Positions 15,685 through 25,300 of a stretch of DNA of 32,000 nt are shown here, piece after piece. The position numbers and the translations under genes were made by a program. A model generated the notes under the pieces. That model worked only from the letters and a program-made list of their open reading frames with translations. It ran no database searches and had not been told where the DNA came from. Positions within the stretch are counted from its first letter, which is position 1. Each line of letters starts with the position of its first letter. This DNA comes from Candidatus Nanopusillus sp. (lineage in GTDB: Archaea; Nanobdellota; Nanobdellia; Nanobdellales; Nanobdellaceae), in the NCBI GenBank assembly GCA_049414405.1, contig JBMSAQ010000026.1, positions 4,293-36,292 on the forward strand. The letters are read 5' to 3'.

Positions 15685-16851
15685 TTAACCAATATAAATT
15701 AAAGGCATTACACCATTTGGAGGATATGCTCTAGCTACTACCCATTGTACATATTGAAGTGATGTATAGCCACTGGTTCCTGCACTTATTTGTAATGTAC
15801 CATATTGGAAAGGATTATAGTTTAAATTATAATATGTATAATTTCCATAATTTGGATTATATGATAAATGATACATGTTTAATAAAGTTAGTGGAACCCA
15901 TACTTGATTAGAATTATAAATATAGTATCCTGCTTGTGCATATGTCAAATTAACTATTAAATATGAATAAATAGTTCCTGCATTTGGTGGGAAATATGTA
16001 TAATTCAAATATTGATAAGTTACTGCGGATTTTAACATTGTTGCTCTGCTTAGGGGTGGATAAGTACCGCCCCAATACTGAAATTGTACATATGTAGATA
16101 AATTAGATGTTGTTGTAGCACCACCACATGTAGTATAACTTCCTCCTGTTATATTTGTCCCACCGCAGCCACTAGAAACTATGGGAGATGCAATACCACC
16201 AGCAAAAAATTGTTGATTTGTATTTCCAAATAATGCTATTACATTTGCATCTGCACTAAGTGTATGATACCACACTTCCTCAACAATTAAAGGTATTAAA
16301 GGAATATTCCAATTGTTTGGGGGTAAAATATAAGTACCCTGATAATAATTATTTGTCATTTGAATACCATTTGGAGTTGCTGTAGGGGAAAATGATCCAT
16401 AAAAAATATATCCGATCCATCCATCCATTGTATTATTAAAATATCCATATACTATAAATACATATTTTCCATTATCATATTGTCTAGAAGGATCTACATT
16501 TGGAGAAACACCTACATATGGATAATATTGTTGATAATAATTTGAAGAACTATTTCCTATATACATGTATATAGTTACATTACTATTTGCAGGAATACCA
16601 CTATCTAATTTTACCCACCAAATTTTACAATATATACTTCCATTTATTAATTGACCTAAATACCATGAATATATATCTGGAGTACTATTACAGGTTGTAG
16701 TAAAATATACATTAGATCCATTACTATTAATTAAATTAAATAAAGTTACATTGTTTACATAAGCAAAATGGGGACCTATATTTATACTTCCATTACATAT
16801 TGCTATTTGTTGTTGGAATGGTGCAGGTGTTGGGATATTTTGAGTATTGTA
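15685..16851. repeat. Dispersed direct repeat, copy A (partner 27240..28346)
   Basis: By-eye alignment of 16561-16820 against 28056-28315 gives 20 mismatches in 260 nt. Collinear similarity runs from the stop codon to the YNTQNIP junction. Confidence 0.85.
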
Positions 16852-17382
16852 TAATATTAAAGTTAAATAAGATGGTTGGCAGATAAAGGTACTTGAAGTA
16901 GAATCTGATATATTAAAGACAATTGGTGGTTGAAAATAGTTAATTAAAGGATTTGAAATATATTCTATATTAAATGATCCAATTATATTATTAGCTATCC
17001 CAACTTCTAATTTATAATTTCCATTTTGATTTGGAGGGGTTTGGGATAAATTTGCAACAACAATTAATAGACCATTATCATATGGATTTACAATCGATCC
17101 ATTCGAATTATAAGGATAAACTTTTACTAATCTGCCATTTAGAATTGCAAATACTTGAGAATAATTAACAGGTTCTGAAGGTTTTACATATGCATATAAA
17201 GTATCATTTGCTATAAAGTAATCAAGTAATTGGAAATTTAACTTTATAGATTTTGAAATTTCCTGCCCAGTTGGATTTATTATATTTAAATTGGGAGAAA
17301 TTATATTATATATTGTTATAGTAACAAAAGCGCCAATCACTAATAATAGTAATGCTGTAACTATCTCAGATTGTAATCTCAT
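15685..17382 (-). CDS. Large surface (glyco)protein, paralog A: ArlF/G-like N-terminal helix plus beta region fused to a ~390-aa Tyr/Trp/Asn-rich domain
   Basis: N-terminus MRLQSEIVTALLLLVIGAFVTITIY. About 18 N-x-S/T sequons by hand count. From residue 178 (YNTQNIPTPAPFQQQIAICNG...) to the C-terminus it is homologous to 27240..28631. Third gene of a tightly packed operon. Confidence 0.7.
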   Translation of the reverse strand: MRLQSEIVTALLLLVIGAFVTITIYNIISPNLNIINPTGQEISKSIKLNFQLLDYFIANDTLYAYVKPSEPVNYSQVFAILNGRLVKVYPYNSNGSIVNPYDNGLLIVVANLSQTPPNQNGNYKLEVGIANNIIGSFNIEYISNPLINYFQPPIVFNISDSTSSTFICQPSYLTLILYNTQNIPTPAPFQQQIAICNGSINIGPHFAYVNNVTLFNLINSNGSNVYFTTTCNSTPDIYSWYLGQLINGSIYCKIWWVKLDSGIPANSNVTIYMYIGNSSSNYYQQYYPYVGVSPNVDPSRQYDNGKYVFIVYGYFNNTMDGWIGYIFYGSFSPTATPNGIQMTNNYYQGTYILPPNNWNIPLIPLIVEEVWYHTLSADANVIALFGNTNQQFFAGGIASPIVSSGCGGTNITGGSYTTCGGATTTSNLSTYVQFQYWGGTYPPLSRATMLKSAVTYQYLNYTYFPPNAGTIYSYLIVNLTYAQAGYYIYNSNQVWVPLTLLNMYHLSYNPNYGNYTYYNLNYNPFQYGTLQISAGTSGYTSLQYVQWVVARAYPPNGVMPLIYIG

Positions 17383-17392
17383 ATTATATTAA

Positions 17393-17839
17393 TTAACTAG
17401 CATATATTAAAGTTTGAAACTTAACCCCATAACAAGATACCAGTATTATATAATTCCATGAATTGTTTACTAAATAACTATTATTAAAATATATTGTTGC
17501 ATTTTCACCTGGTAAAAATAGATTTGATGGATACAAATAATTTATAGAATAATTAAAAGGGGAAAAATAACCATTAACATATAATTGAAAACATGACAGA
17601 TCTAATGCTTTATTTCCGTTATTATAAATAATTAAATATGGATTTGAATAGTTTGTTTGATTATTTAAAAATTTTATATTTTCTCCGACAATATTTCTTA
17701 TTTGGTTAGCTACTGAATTTGCAGTATAATAAAAATTCCTATAATAATTATCTAAAATTAAATATAAAACAATTGCAGAAATAATAAAAATGACAAATCC
17801 AACGATTGCTCCAACAATTGATCCTAAATTGGATTTCAT
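17393..17839 (-). CDS. ArlF/ArlG (FlaF/FlaG)-like membrane-anchored protein
   Basis: MKSNLGSIVGAIVGFVIFIISAIVLYLIL helix, then a beta-rich region with YLIIYNNGNKALDLSCFQLYVNGYF (the N.G...l....l.v.G pattern of FlaF/FlaG). The first ATG (17839) forms an ATGA overlap with the upstream stop. The ORF track extends to a GTG at 17851. Confidence 0.55.
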   Translation of the reverse strand: MKSNLGSIVGAIVGFVIFIISAIVLYLILDNYYRNFYYTANSVANQIRNIVGENIKFLNNQTNYSNPYLIIYNNGNKALDLSCFQLYVNGYFSPFNYSINYLYPSNLFLPGENATIYFNNSYLVNNSWNYIILVSCYGVKFQTLIYAS

Positions 17840-18315
17840 ACTACTGTACACGTACTCGCGGTTCTATTAACATATATCAAATTCTGTGTATATGCTCCAG
17901 TAGATGCCACAATCTTTACTTGATAAAAGTTTGTTGTTACAGAAATATTTGTAACAATTACAATTGTGTCATAAGGCCCCCAAGCCGGAGTGCCAGTATA
18001 ACTGTTTGCAATATAAATTCTTGTATTATTTATTAATACCCCATTAATAAACAATAATGTTAAATTTTGATTTAATACTATATTCCCTCTATTTGTTACA
18101 TAGAAATATAATAAATTTGTTGTATTGTTATATGCACAAGAATCTAATGTAATGTAAGTATTTAATTGATTTTGTAATGATTGGGAGTTTGCAATTGCAG
18201 CATTACTTATTTCATTTAAACTATTATATGCAGTAGAAATAAATATATAAGCAGCAATGCCAGCAACTATAAATAATATGATTTCTACAAGAATTGTTCC
18301 AAATTGGTTTTTCAT
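17836..18315 (-). CDS. ArlF/ArlG (FlaF/FlaG)-like membrane-anchored protein
   Basis: MKNQFGTILVEIILFIVAGIAAYIFISTAY (pilin/archaellin-like N-terminus, Glu five residues after the Gly), then LLYFYVTNRGNIVLNQNLTLLFINGVLINNT. 159 aa, the size of FlaF/FlaG. Several N-x-S/T sequons. Confidence 0.55.
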   Translation of the reverse strand: MKNQFGTILVEIILFIVAGIAAYIFISTAYNSLNEISNAAIANSQSLQNQLNTYITLDSCAYNNTTNLLYFYVTNRGNIVLNQNLTLLFINGVLINNTRIYIANSYTGTPAWGPYDTIVIVTNISVTTNFYQVKIVASTGAYTQNLIYVNRTASTCTVV

Positions 18316-18346
18316 TAAAAATTATGATCTATTAAAAAATATAAAT

Positions 18347-19162
18347 CTATTCTACTAATTCGTATCCGTCAATACCTCTTTCATTTATAATTTTTTTCCA
18401 TTCTAACATTCTTTCTTGTCTTTTTACCTCAAGTTCACAAACTTTGTCTATTATTTTTAAATTCTGTATACCCTTTATTTCAACTTTTTCTCCCCCTTCT
18501 ATTGATATATTTACATCCTGTCTAATAGTTCCCAACCCTCTTTTTACCTTTCCGGTTAATCTTAATATTAATCCAATATATTCAGCAACTTCCTTTACCT
18601 CTTTCGGATCTTTTAAATCAGGACCCGTAGATATTTCTATTAATGGTATTCCCAATCTATCCAATCTATAAATTATATAATCTTCTCCTTCTTCAATTTT
18701 CCTTGCAGCATCTTCTTCAATACACATTGTTGCAATGCTTATCTTTTTATCTTTATATTTTAATTCCCCATTTAATGACAATAGCAATGTTCTTTGAAAA
18801 CCAGATGTATTTGACCCATCTATAACAATTTTTCTCATAACTTGTAGAACTCTTGGGATATACATATTAAAAAAAGTCGAAATTAATATGCCAAATTTTA
18901 ATGTTTCAATATTTATTAAATGTGGTGGTTCTTCATCCAGTTCAACTAAACAAGAACAATCTTTAGAATACTCATAGATATATTTTTTATCTTTTAAAGT
19001 TTCGTATTCTGCTGCAATATCTTTTTTTCCAATTTCGCTCAATGTTGCTCTTAATTTTCTTTTAATTCTATAATCATGTTTATCACTTAAATTTGTAGGA
19101 CAATTACAAAATAGCTTTTCTTTTGTATCAATTTGTTGATGGATCTCCAATCCAGCAATCAT
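18347..19162 (-). CDS. gatE: Glu-tRNA(Gln) amidotransferase subunit E (GatE), N-terminal ~270 residues only (split gene or remnant)
   Basis: MIAGLEIHQQIDTKEKLFCNCPT..., GFQRTLLLSLNG, GTIRQDVNISIEGGEKVEIKGIQNLKIIDKVCELEVKRQ are the GatE/GatB cradle-domain blocks. Full-length GatE is about 600+ aa. The next gene starts 31 nt downstream, leaving no room for the rest. Confidence 0.75.
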   Translation of the reverse strand: MIAGLEIHQQIDTKEKLFCNCPTNLSDKHDYRIKRKLRATLSEIGKKDIAAEYETLKDKKYIYEYSKDCSCLVELDEEPPHLINIETLKFGILISTFFNMYIPRVLQVMRKIVIDGSNTSGFQRTLLLSLNGELKYKDKKISIATMCIEEDAARKIEEGEDYIIYRLDRLGIPLIEISTGPDLKDPKEVKEVAEYIGLILRLTGKVKRGLGTIRQDVNISIEGGEKVEIKGIQNLKIIDKVCELEVKRQERMLEWKKIINERGIDGYELVE

Positions 19163-19213
19163 GACAATAAAAATATTAAAAAAATTAATAAATCATAATT
19201 TCAAAATAAAATT

Positions 19214-20080
19214 ATGCAATTTATGAGAGCAAAGGGGTTCTATTCATTTGATTCTTCAGATTTACTTTCTCAAATCGAACAATACTTCATGGATAAAAGA
19301 TATGGGCTTGGGTATATCCCGAAAAATATAAAAAAGGAAAAAGACATAATTTCTGGAATTGTTCCACACACAAGTTATGAATATCTTTTGCCAGTTTCTG
19401 TAAAATTATATAAAGAATTATACGAAAATTTTGATTTTGACACAATAATAATTGTTGGTCCAAACCATTATAATATTGGTCAGAAGATAAATTTAATAAT
19501 TGACGATTGGTATACACCGTTTGGTGTAATTAGAATAGATGTGGAATTTGCTAGAAAAATATTAAACAATTATGATGCATATGAAAACCCCATGTTATCT
19601 AGATATGAATATTCGATTGAAATACAACTACCCATACTTAGGTATTTATTTAAAGATAAAGTAAAGATTGTTCCAATAATTGTAAAAGATGTGGAATTAT
19701 ACATGATAAAAGATTTTGTTAAATTATTAAAGGAACTATCGAAAGAATTAAATAGAAGAATAGTATTAATATCTACTGGTAATTTATATCACCATGGAGA
19801 ATTTTATGGAAATATCATATATAAAGAAAATATATCTGAAAATGTAAAAAAGGAATCTGAAAAAATCATAGAATATATATTAAATTTAGATTCTGAAAGA
19901 TTATATAAATTGGAAATGGATAGTAAAATATTTTGTGGAAAATATCCTTTTTTATTTTTTATAGAATATACAAAATTGTATAAGGGAAAAATAGAATTAA
20001 TAAATCATATTTTATCTTCTGAAATAAATAAAGATGAAAAGAATATAGTTAGTTATGCATCTCTATTATCTTATAAATAG
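19214..20080 (+). CDS. MEMO1-family protein (AmmeMemoRadiSam system protein B, COG1355)
   Basis: MRAKGFYSFD..., GIVPHTSYEY, IIIVGPNH, W.TPFG, EYSIEIQLPIL, IVPIIV follow the MEMO family order. His-to-Tyr change in the usual EHS.E block. Confidence 0.7.
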   Translation: MQFMRAKGFYSFDSSDLLSQIEQYFMDKRYGLGYIPKNIKKEKDIISGIVPHTSYEYLLPVSVKLYKELYENFDFDTIIIVGPNHYNIGQKINLIIDDWYTPFGVIRIDVEFARKILNNYDAYENPMLSRYEYSIEIQLPILRYLFKDKVKIVPIIVKDVELYMIKDFVKLLKELSKELNRRIVLISTGNLYHHGEFYGNIIYKENISENVKKESEKIIEYILNLDSERLYKLEMDSKIFCGKYPFLFFIEYTKLYKGKIELINHILSSEINKDEKNIVSYASLLSYK

Positions 20081-20099
20081 TTAAAGAAATAGTAATATT

Positions 20100-20537
20100 A
20101 TGAATGACTTTGATGACATATATAAAGAAATTAGGAGAGAATTTGCTAGACAGATGAAACTATGGAAAAAAATAATCAATAGAATAAATAAAAAATTCAG
20201 ATTTGATTTTGAATACGAAGAACCAACAGTAGATTTAGTAGATAAAGGTGATAAATATTTAATAGAAATCGATCTACCAGGGGTCGATAAAAAAGATATA
20301 AACATTACTTTAGTAGACCATCATCTAAGGATCGTAGCATTAAGAAAGATTGAAAAAGAAGAAAGAGGTGAGAATTATATAGTATCAGAAAGAACCTTTT
20401 CAGGATATAAAAGAATAATTCCATTACCAGAAGATGCTGATGAAAATTCTATAAAGGCAAAATATGAAAACGGGGTATTAAGGATTGAAATAAGAAAAAA
20501 GCCAGGCTATGAAGGAAAGAAAATCGATTTAGAATAA
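20100..20537 (+). CDS. hsp20: Small heat shock protein, Hsp20/alpha-crystallin family
   Basis: VDLVDKGDKYLIEIDLPGVDKKDINITL...RTFSGYKRIIPLPEDADENSIKAKYENGVLRIEIRKK. Confidence 0.9.
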   Translation: MNDFDDIYKEIRREFARQMKLWKKIINRINKKFRFDFEYEEPTVDLVDKGDKYLIEIDLPGVDKKDINITLVDHHLRIVALRKIEKEERGENYIVSERTFSGYKRIIPLPEDADENSIKAKYENGVLRIEIRKKPGYEGKKIDLE

Positions 20538-20566
20538 TTTTTTAATTTTTTATAAAATAAATTTTT

Positions 20567-21520
20567 ATGAAATATAGATTTGTGGAAGAATTATTATTAT
20601 CCGCATTTAAAAGGGCAAAGAATAGTGGTAATAAATTTTATGATTTAAAGGAAAGAAATGTTGTAAAATTACAAACGATATACCAATACATAGATGATAA
20701 ATTAGAAAAAATATATAATGATATAATTTTACCAGAAAATAAATTCTACAAGGAATTATATAGTCTATTATTCGCAGATATAAATATAAAGAAATTAAAA
20801 GAAAGGATAAAATATATAAGAAAAATAATAAAACAGGTTTATTTAAAGTATAAAAACAATATAAAGTTAACAAAGGATAAAAAAATAATAGAAAAATATA
20901 GAAGAGAATTTTATGGGAGGATATCTAGTATATTAAGAAGAAATTGGATTATATTTAAATATTATAATATTTATCTAAATAGAAGAAGAAAAATACCAAA
21001 TATTAAAAATTTACCCACAGTTATTATTTCTGGCTTACCCAATGTTGGAAAAAGCACATTATTAAAAAATTTAACTGGATCAAATGTTAAGATTGAACCA
21101 TATCCGTTTACAACAAAAGATTTGATGATAGGATATATTAGAACACCATATTTTGATATACAGGTAGTTGATACTCCAGGAATTTTAGATAGACCTATAG
21201 AGGAAATGAATGAAATTGAAAAAAAATCCATATTAGCACTAAATTATCTCGCGAAACTAATTATATATGTTCTTGATTTAACCGAAACTTGCGGATATAG
21301 TATTGAAGAGCAAAAAAATTTATTAAATATGATAAAAAAGATTTTTGATAAAGAAATAATATTGTATTTCTCAAAAAAAGATTTGTTTACTGAAAGAGAA
21401 GAGAGAATTTTTAATGAATTTATCAAGAATTATAATGATATGATTATTTTTTATGATTATGATAAACTAAAAGAATTTTTAATATCTTATATAAAAAATA
21501 AAAAAGAATGGTATATATAA
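20567..21520 (+). CDS. Nog1-like GTP-binding protein (COG1084)
   Basis: G1 SGLPNVGKSTLL, G2 YPFTTKD, G3 VVDTPGILDRP, G4-like SKKD, preceded by a ~150-aa helical NOG1-type N-domain. Confidence 0.8.
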   Translation: MKYRFVEELLLSAFKRAKNSGNKFYDLKERNVVKLQTIYQYIDDKLEKIYNDIILPENKFYKELYSLLFADINIKKLKERIKYIRKIIKQVYLKYKNNIKLTKDKKIIEKYRREFYGRISSILRRNWIIFKYYNIYLNRRRKIPNIKNLPTVIISGLPNVGKSTLLKNLTGSNVKIEPYPFTTKDLMIGYIRTPYFDIQVVDTPGILDRPIEEMNEIEKKSILALNYLAKLIIYVLDLTETCGYSIEEQKNLLNMIKKIFDKEIILYFSKKDLFTEREERIFNEFIKNYNDMIIFYDYDKLKEFLISYIKNKKEWYI

Positions 21521-22152
21521 ATATATTTATGAAGTTAATAGTATCATCTGATATACATAATGATTTCGAAATGATATATAAAATAATAGAATTATATAAA
21601 AAAGAAAAACCAGATTATGTAGTAATTTTAGGTGATATAGCAGAATTGGGAGAAATAGAAAGAGGACTAATAAAAAAATTAACAGAACATATGGATCCAA
21701 ACAAAATTTTGATAATACCCGGAAATCATGAAACGCCGGAAGATATAAAATTATTAGAAAAAATATACAAAATAAGAAACTTAGATAAAAATTATATAAT
21801 AAAGGATAATTTTGTATTGGTTGGATTCGGAGGCGCAGATTTATTATTGAATGTAATTGATGAAAAAGAATTTGAAAGTTTCTTAAATGAATTGAAGAAA
21901 AAATTTAACAACAAATATATTGTTTTATTAACACATATTCCACCAAGAAATTCTATGTCATCCCTAAATATTTCTGGTAGTTATGTATTGAGAAAGTTTA
22001 TTGAAAATAATGATAGAATTATTTTAAATATACACGGACATATACATGAAGCTGGAGGTTTAGAGGATATAATAAATAAAGCAAAGGTTTTGAATGTTGC
22101 TAAAGAGGTAAAATTGGTTGAAATATATGATAAGAAAGCAAAAATAAAGTAA
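21508..22152 (+). CDS. Calcineurin-like metallophosphoesterase
   Basis: Motifs SSDIHND, ILGDIAE, PGNHE, LTHIPP, HGHIHE. The second ATG at 21529 (MKLIVSSDIH) avoids the 13-nt overlap with the upstream gene and may be the real start. Confidence 0.8.
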   Translation: MVYINIFMKLIVSSDIHNDFEMIYKIIELYKKEKPDYVVILGDIAELGEIERGLIKKLTEHMDPNKILIIPGNHETPEDIKLLEKIYKIRNLDKNYIIKDNFVLVGFGGADLLLNVIDEKEFESFLNELKKKFNNKYIVLLTHIPPRNSMSSLNISGSYVLRKFIENNDRIILNIHGHIHEAGGLEDIINKAKVLNVAKEVKLVEIYDKKAKIK

Positions 22153-22314
22153 AAACAAAGAATCAATTAGTAAGAAGAGAAAATTAAAAGAAAAGGCATT
22201 AGATTAAATATTTATAAAAAATGTTTGTTGATTATCAAAGAAATAAATATTTATAATTGTATTTTAACATCATAGACAAAGAATTTTTTTAAAAATTTTG
22301 TATAAGAAATTCAA

Positions 22315-25300
22315 ATGAGTGATGAGAGATTTATAAAAGAGGTTTTTCGTGGAAAAAAGGAAGAAGAAATTGTTTTAGGACAAAAAAATCATAAAATAAA
22401 AAAAGTTATTAAAAGAGACGGAAGAATTGTGGACTTTGACCCTGAAAGAATAAAATATGCTATAGAAAGAGCAATGAAAGCTGTTGGTGCTTATGATAAA
22501 GAAAAATTAGAAAAAATTGTTGATTATATAATAAAAGTATTAGAGGAAAAATATGATGATATAAAATATCCAACTGTTGAAGAAATTCAAGATATTGTCG
22601 AATTATCTTTATTAAAATTTGATTTATATGATGTTGCCAAAGCATATATTTCCTATAGAAAAGAAAAGGAAAAAATAAGGGAAGAAAAGAAGAATTTACT
22701 GGGAAAATTCTATGAAGAAGAAGTTGCAAAAAGATTTTCTGTTAATTCAATTAGATTAATGGTAAATAGATATTTATTAAGGAATGAGAATAAAGAATTA
22801 ATAGAGGGTCCAAAACAAATGTTTGAAAGAGTTGCTGCATTAATCATAATACCAGATTTATTATATGATGAAAGAATATATGATAAGGAAGGAAAGCAAA
22901 GAATACATCCAAAGGAAGAATTTGACTTCGTAAAAAATGAAAATAAATATGGATTACCAATAAAAGATCCTAAATTTAAATGGAATAGATACCATTTAGA
23001 AAGAATGAAATATTTGTATGATTATTTAAATGAAAGAGGTCATATGAAAGTTTCATGGTCAGAATTTATAAAAATGTTAGAAAATGGAGAATTTGACAAA
23101 TATTACGAAAATTTCTACCAATATTATGATTTAATGGCAAGTAAAAGATTTATGCCAAATTCTCCAACATTATTTAACGCGGGTGCTGTCTTAGGACAGT
23201 TATCTGCATGTTTTGTATTGGATATTGATGACGATATGGAATCAATAATGAAATCTGCAACAGAAGCAGCTTTAATATTTAAATCAGGGGGCGGAATTGG
23301 AATAAATTATTCAAAATTAAGACCCGAGGGCGATGTTGTTGCATCTACTGGTGGTATTGCTTCAGGTCCAGTTTCATTTATGAAAATCATAGACACAATT
23401 ACAGATGTGGTAAAACAAGGGGGAAAGAGAAGGGGAGCAAACATGGGTATTTTAGAATCCTGGCATCCGGAAATATTTAAATTTATTCATTTAAAGGAAA
23501 AAGAAGGTGTATTAGAAAACTTTAATATATCTATAATGTTTGAGCCAACATTTTGGGAATATTTTGAAAATAAAAAAGAATATCCTTTAATTAATCCAAG
23601 ATTATTAAGGAGATATAATTTACCTTTTCCAGGAGATCCAAATTTTGATATAAATAAAGTACCAAAGGAAGCAATTGTTGGATATGTAAATCCTGAAAGA
23701 ATACTACAAGAAGCATCATATGTTGCATGGGAAAAAGGAGATCCCGGATGCTTGTTTATGGATAATATAAATAGAAGAAATGTTCAATATAAATATAGAG
23801 GACCAATTAGAGCTACTAATCCATGTGTAACTGGAGATACTAGAATTTTAACTCCGTATGGTCTTTTGAGGGCCGAAACCCTACTTTATTTAAACAATGA
23901 AAATGGTAGCGATATCAACAATATAGAGCTTTTAGTAGATGGAGAAGGTGAAATTTTGTATACAACAGTTCATGGAAAAACATTGAGTGTAAGTTCTCCA
24001 ATATTGGTTGATGCAAAAGTTTGGAAAGTTGGATTTAAACCAACCGTTAAATTAATTTTAGAAAATGGAATGGAGATTGAAGTAACTGAAGATCATAAAA
24101 TACTCACAAAAGATGGCTGGATAGAAGCAAAATATGCTGAAGGAAAGGAAGTAAAGATAGCAAGAATTGATATTGATAAGTTAGAAAACTATGGATTAAA
24201 AGAAATTGATGGAATAAAATTAGATAGAGAATTGGGATTTTTATTAGGATGGTTGGTTGGAGACGGATATGTTGGGGAAAAAGTGTTCTTCTATTTTAAT
24301 ACTAAAACTGAAAAAGAAGTTTCCGAATATGTAAAAAAATTGCTTGAAAAGAAATTTGGAGTAAATGTTAGTAGGTTCGAAAGAAATAATGAGATATGGA
24401 TTTATGTTGGTAAGAAGGAAGTTGTTGAAATTTTCAAAAAACTAATGAGAAGGAAAACAAGCTTGCCAGAAATTGTTTTCCTAGCAAATTCGGAATTTGT
24501 TAAAGGATTTTTGAGTGGGTTGTTTTCAGCGGACGGATATTTCGATAAAGACAGAGCAATAAGATTAATATCATCTAATAAAGATTTGTTGAAGGAAACC
24601 CAACTTTTACTAACTTTATTCGGTATATTTTCAAAGATTTATGAGAGACCATATAAGAGAAAGTTTGAGTATATTACTGTAAATGGTGAAAGAAAAGAAT
24701 ATGAAACTAGAGGTTATTTTGAGCTTATAATCAAAAACTATAGTAGGAAAATTTTTGAAGAAAAGATAAAATTGATAGATTATAAAAACAAAAAGCTTCC
24801 GGATGGACTAAAGAAAACTAAAATAGATGATAATTATGTTAAAATTTTAAGAGTAGAATATGTTGGTGAAAAATTGGTTTATGATTTTAGTGTTCCGGGA
24901 TTTAATAGATATATTTCTAACGGAATAATAAGTCACAATTGTGGAGAACAACCTTTATATCCTTATGAATCTTGTAATTTGGGATCAATTAATCTATATG
25001 CTTTGGTTGAATTTAAAGATGGAAAGGTTGAATTTAATTGGAATAAATATATTGAAACAATAAAATGGGCTTATAAATTTTTAGATAATGTAATAGATGT
25101 AAATAAATATCCAATAAAGGAAATTGAAGAAGCTTCGAAAGCAGTAAGAAGAATTGGACTTGGATTTATGGGATTGGCGGATATGTTATATGCATTGGGA
25201 ATTCCATATACATCTGAAGAAGGATATAAATTACTAATGAAAATAACAGAATATTTAACATATTATTCAATGTTAGAATCTGTTGAAAGGGCAAAAACAA

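Noticed and set aside
22205-22256. 13-nt direct repeat TAAATATTTATAA (22205-22217 and 22244-22256) upstream of the RNR gene, possibly a regulator-binding pair
   Set aside because: It is pure A/T sequence resembling a TATA box, and chance recurrence of such a 13-mer is plausible at this composition. No palindromic or spacing feature supports a specific operator.
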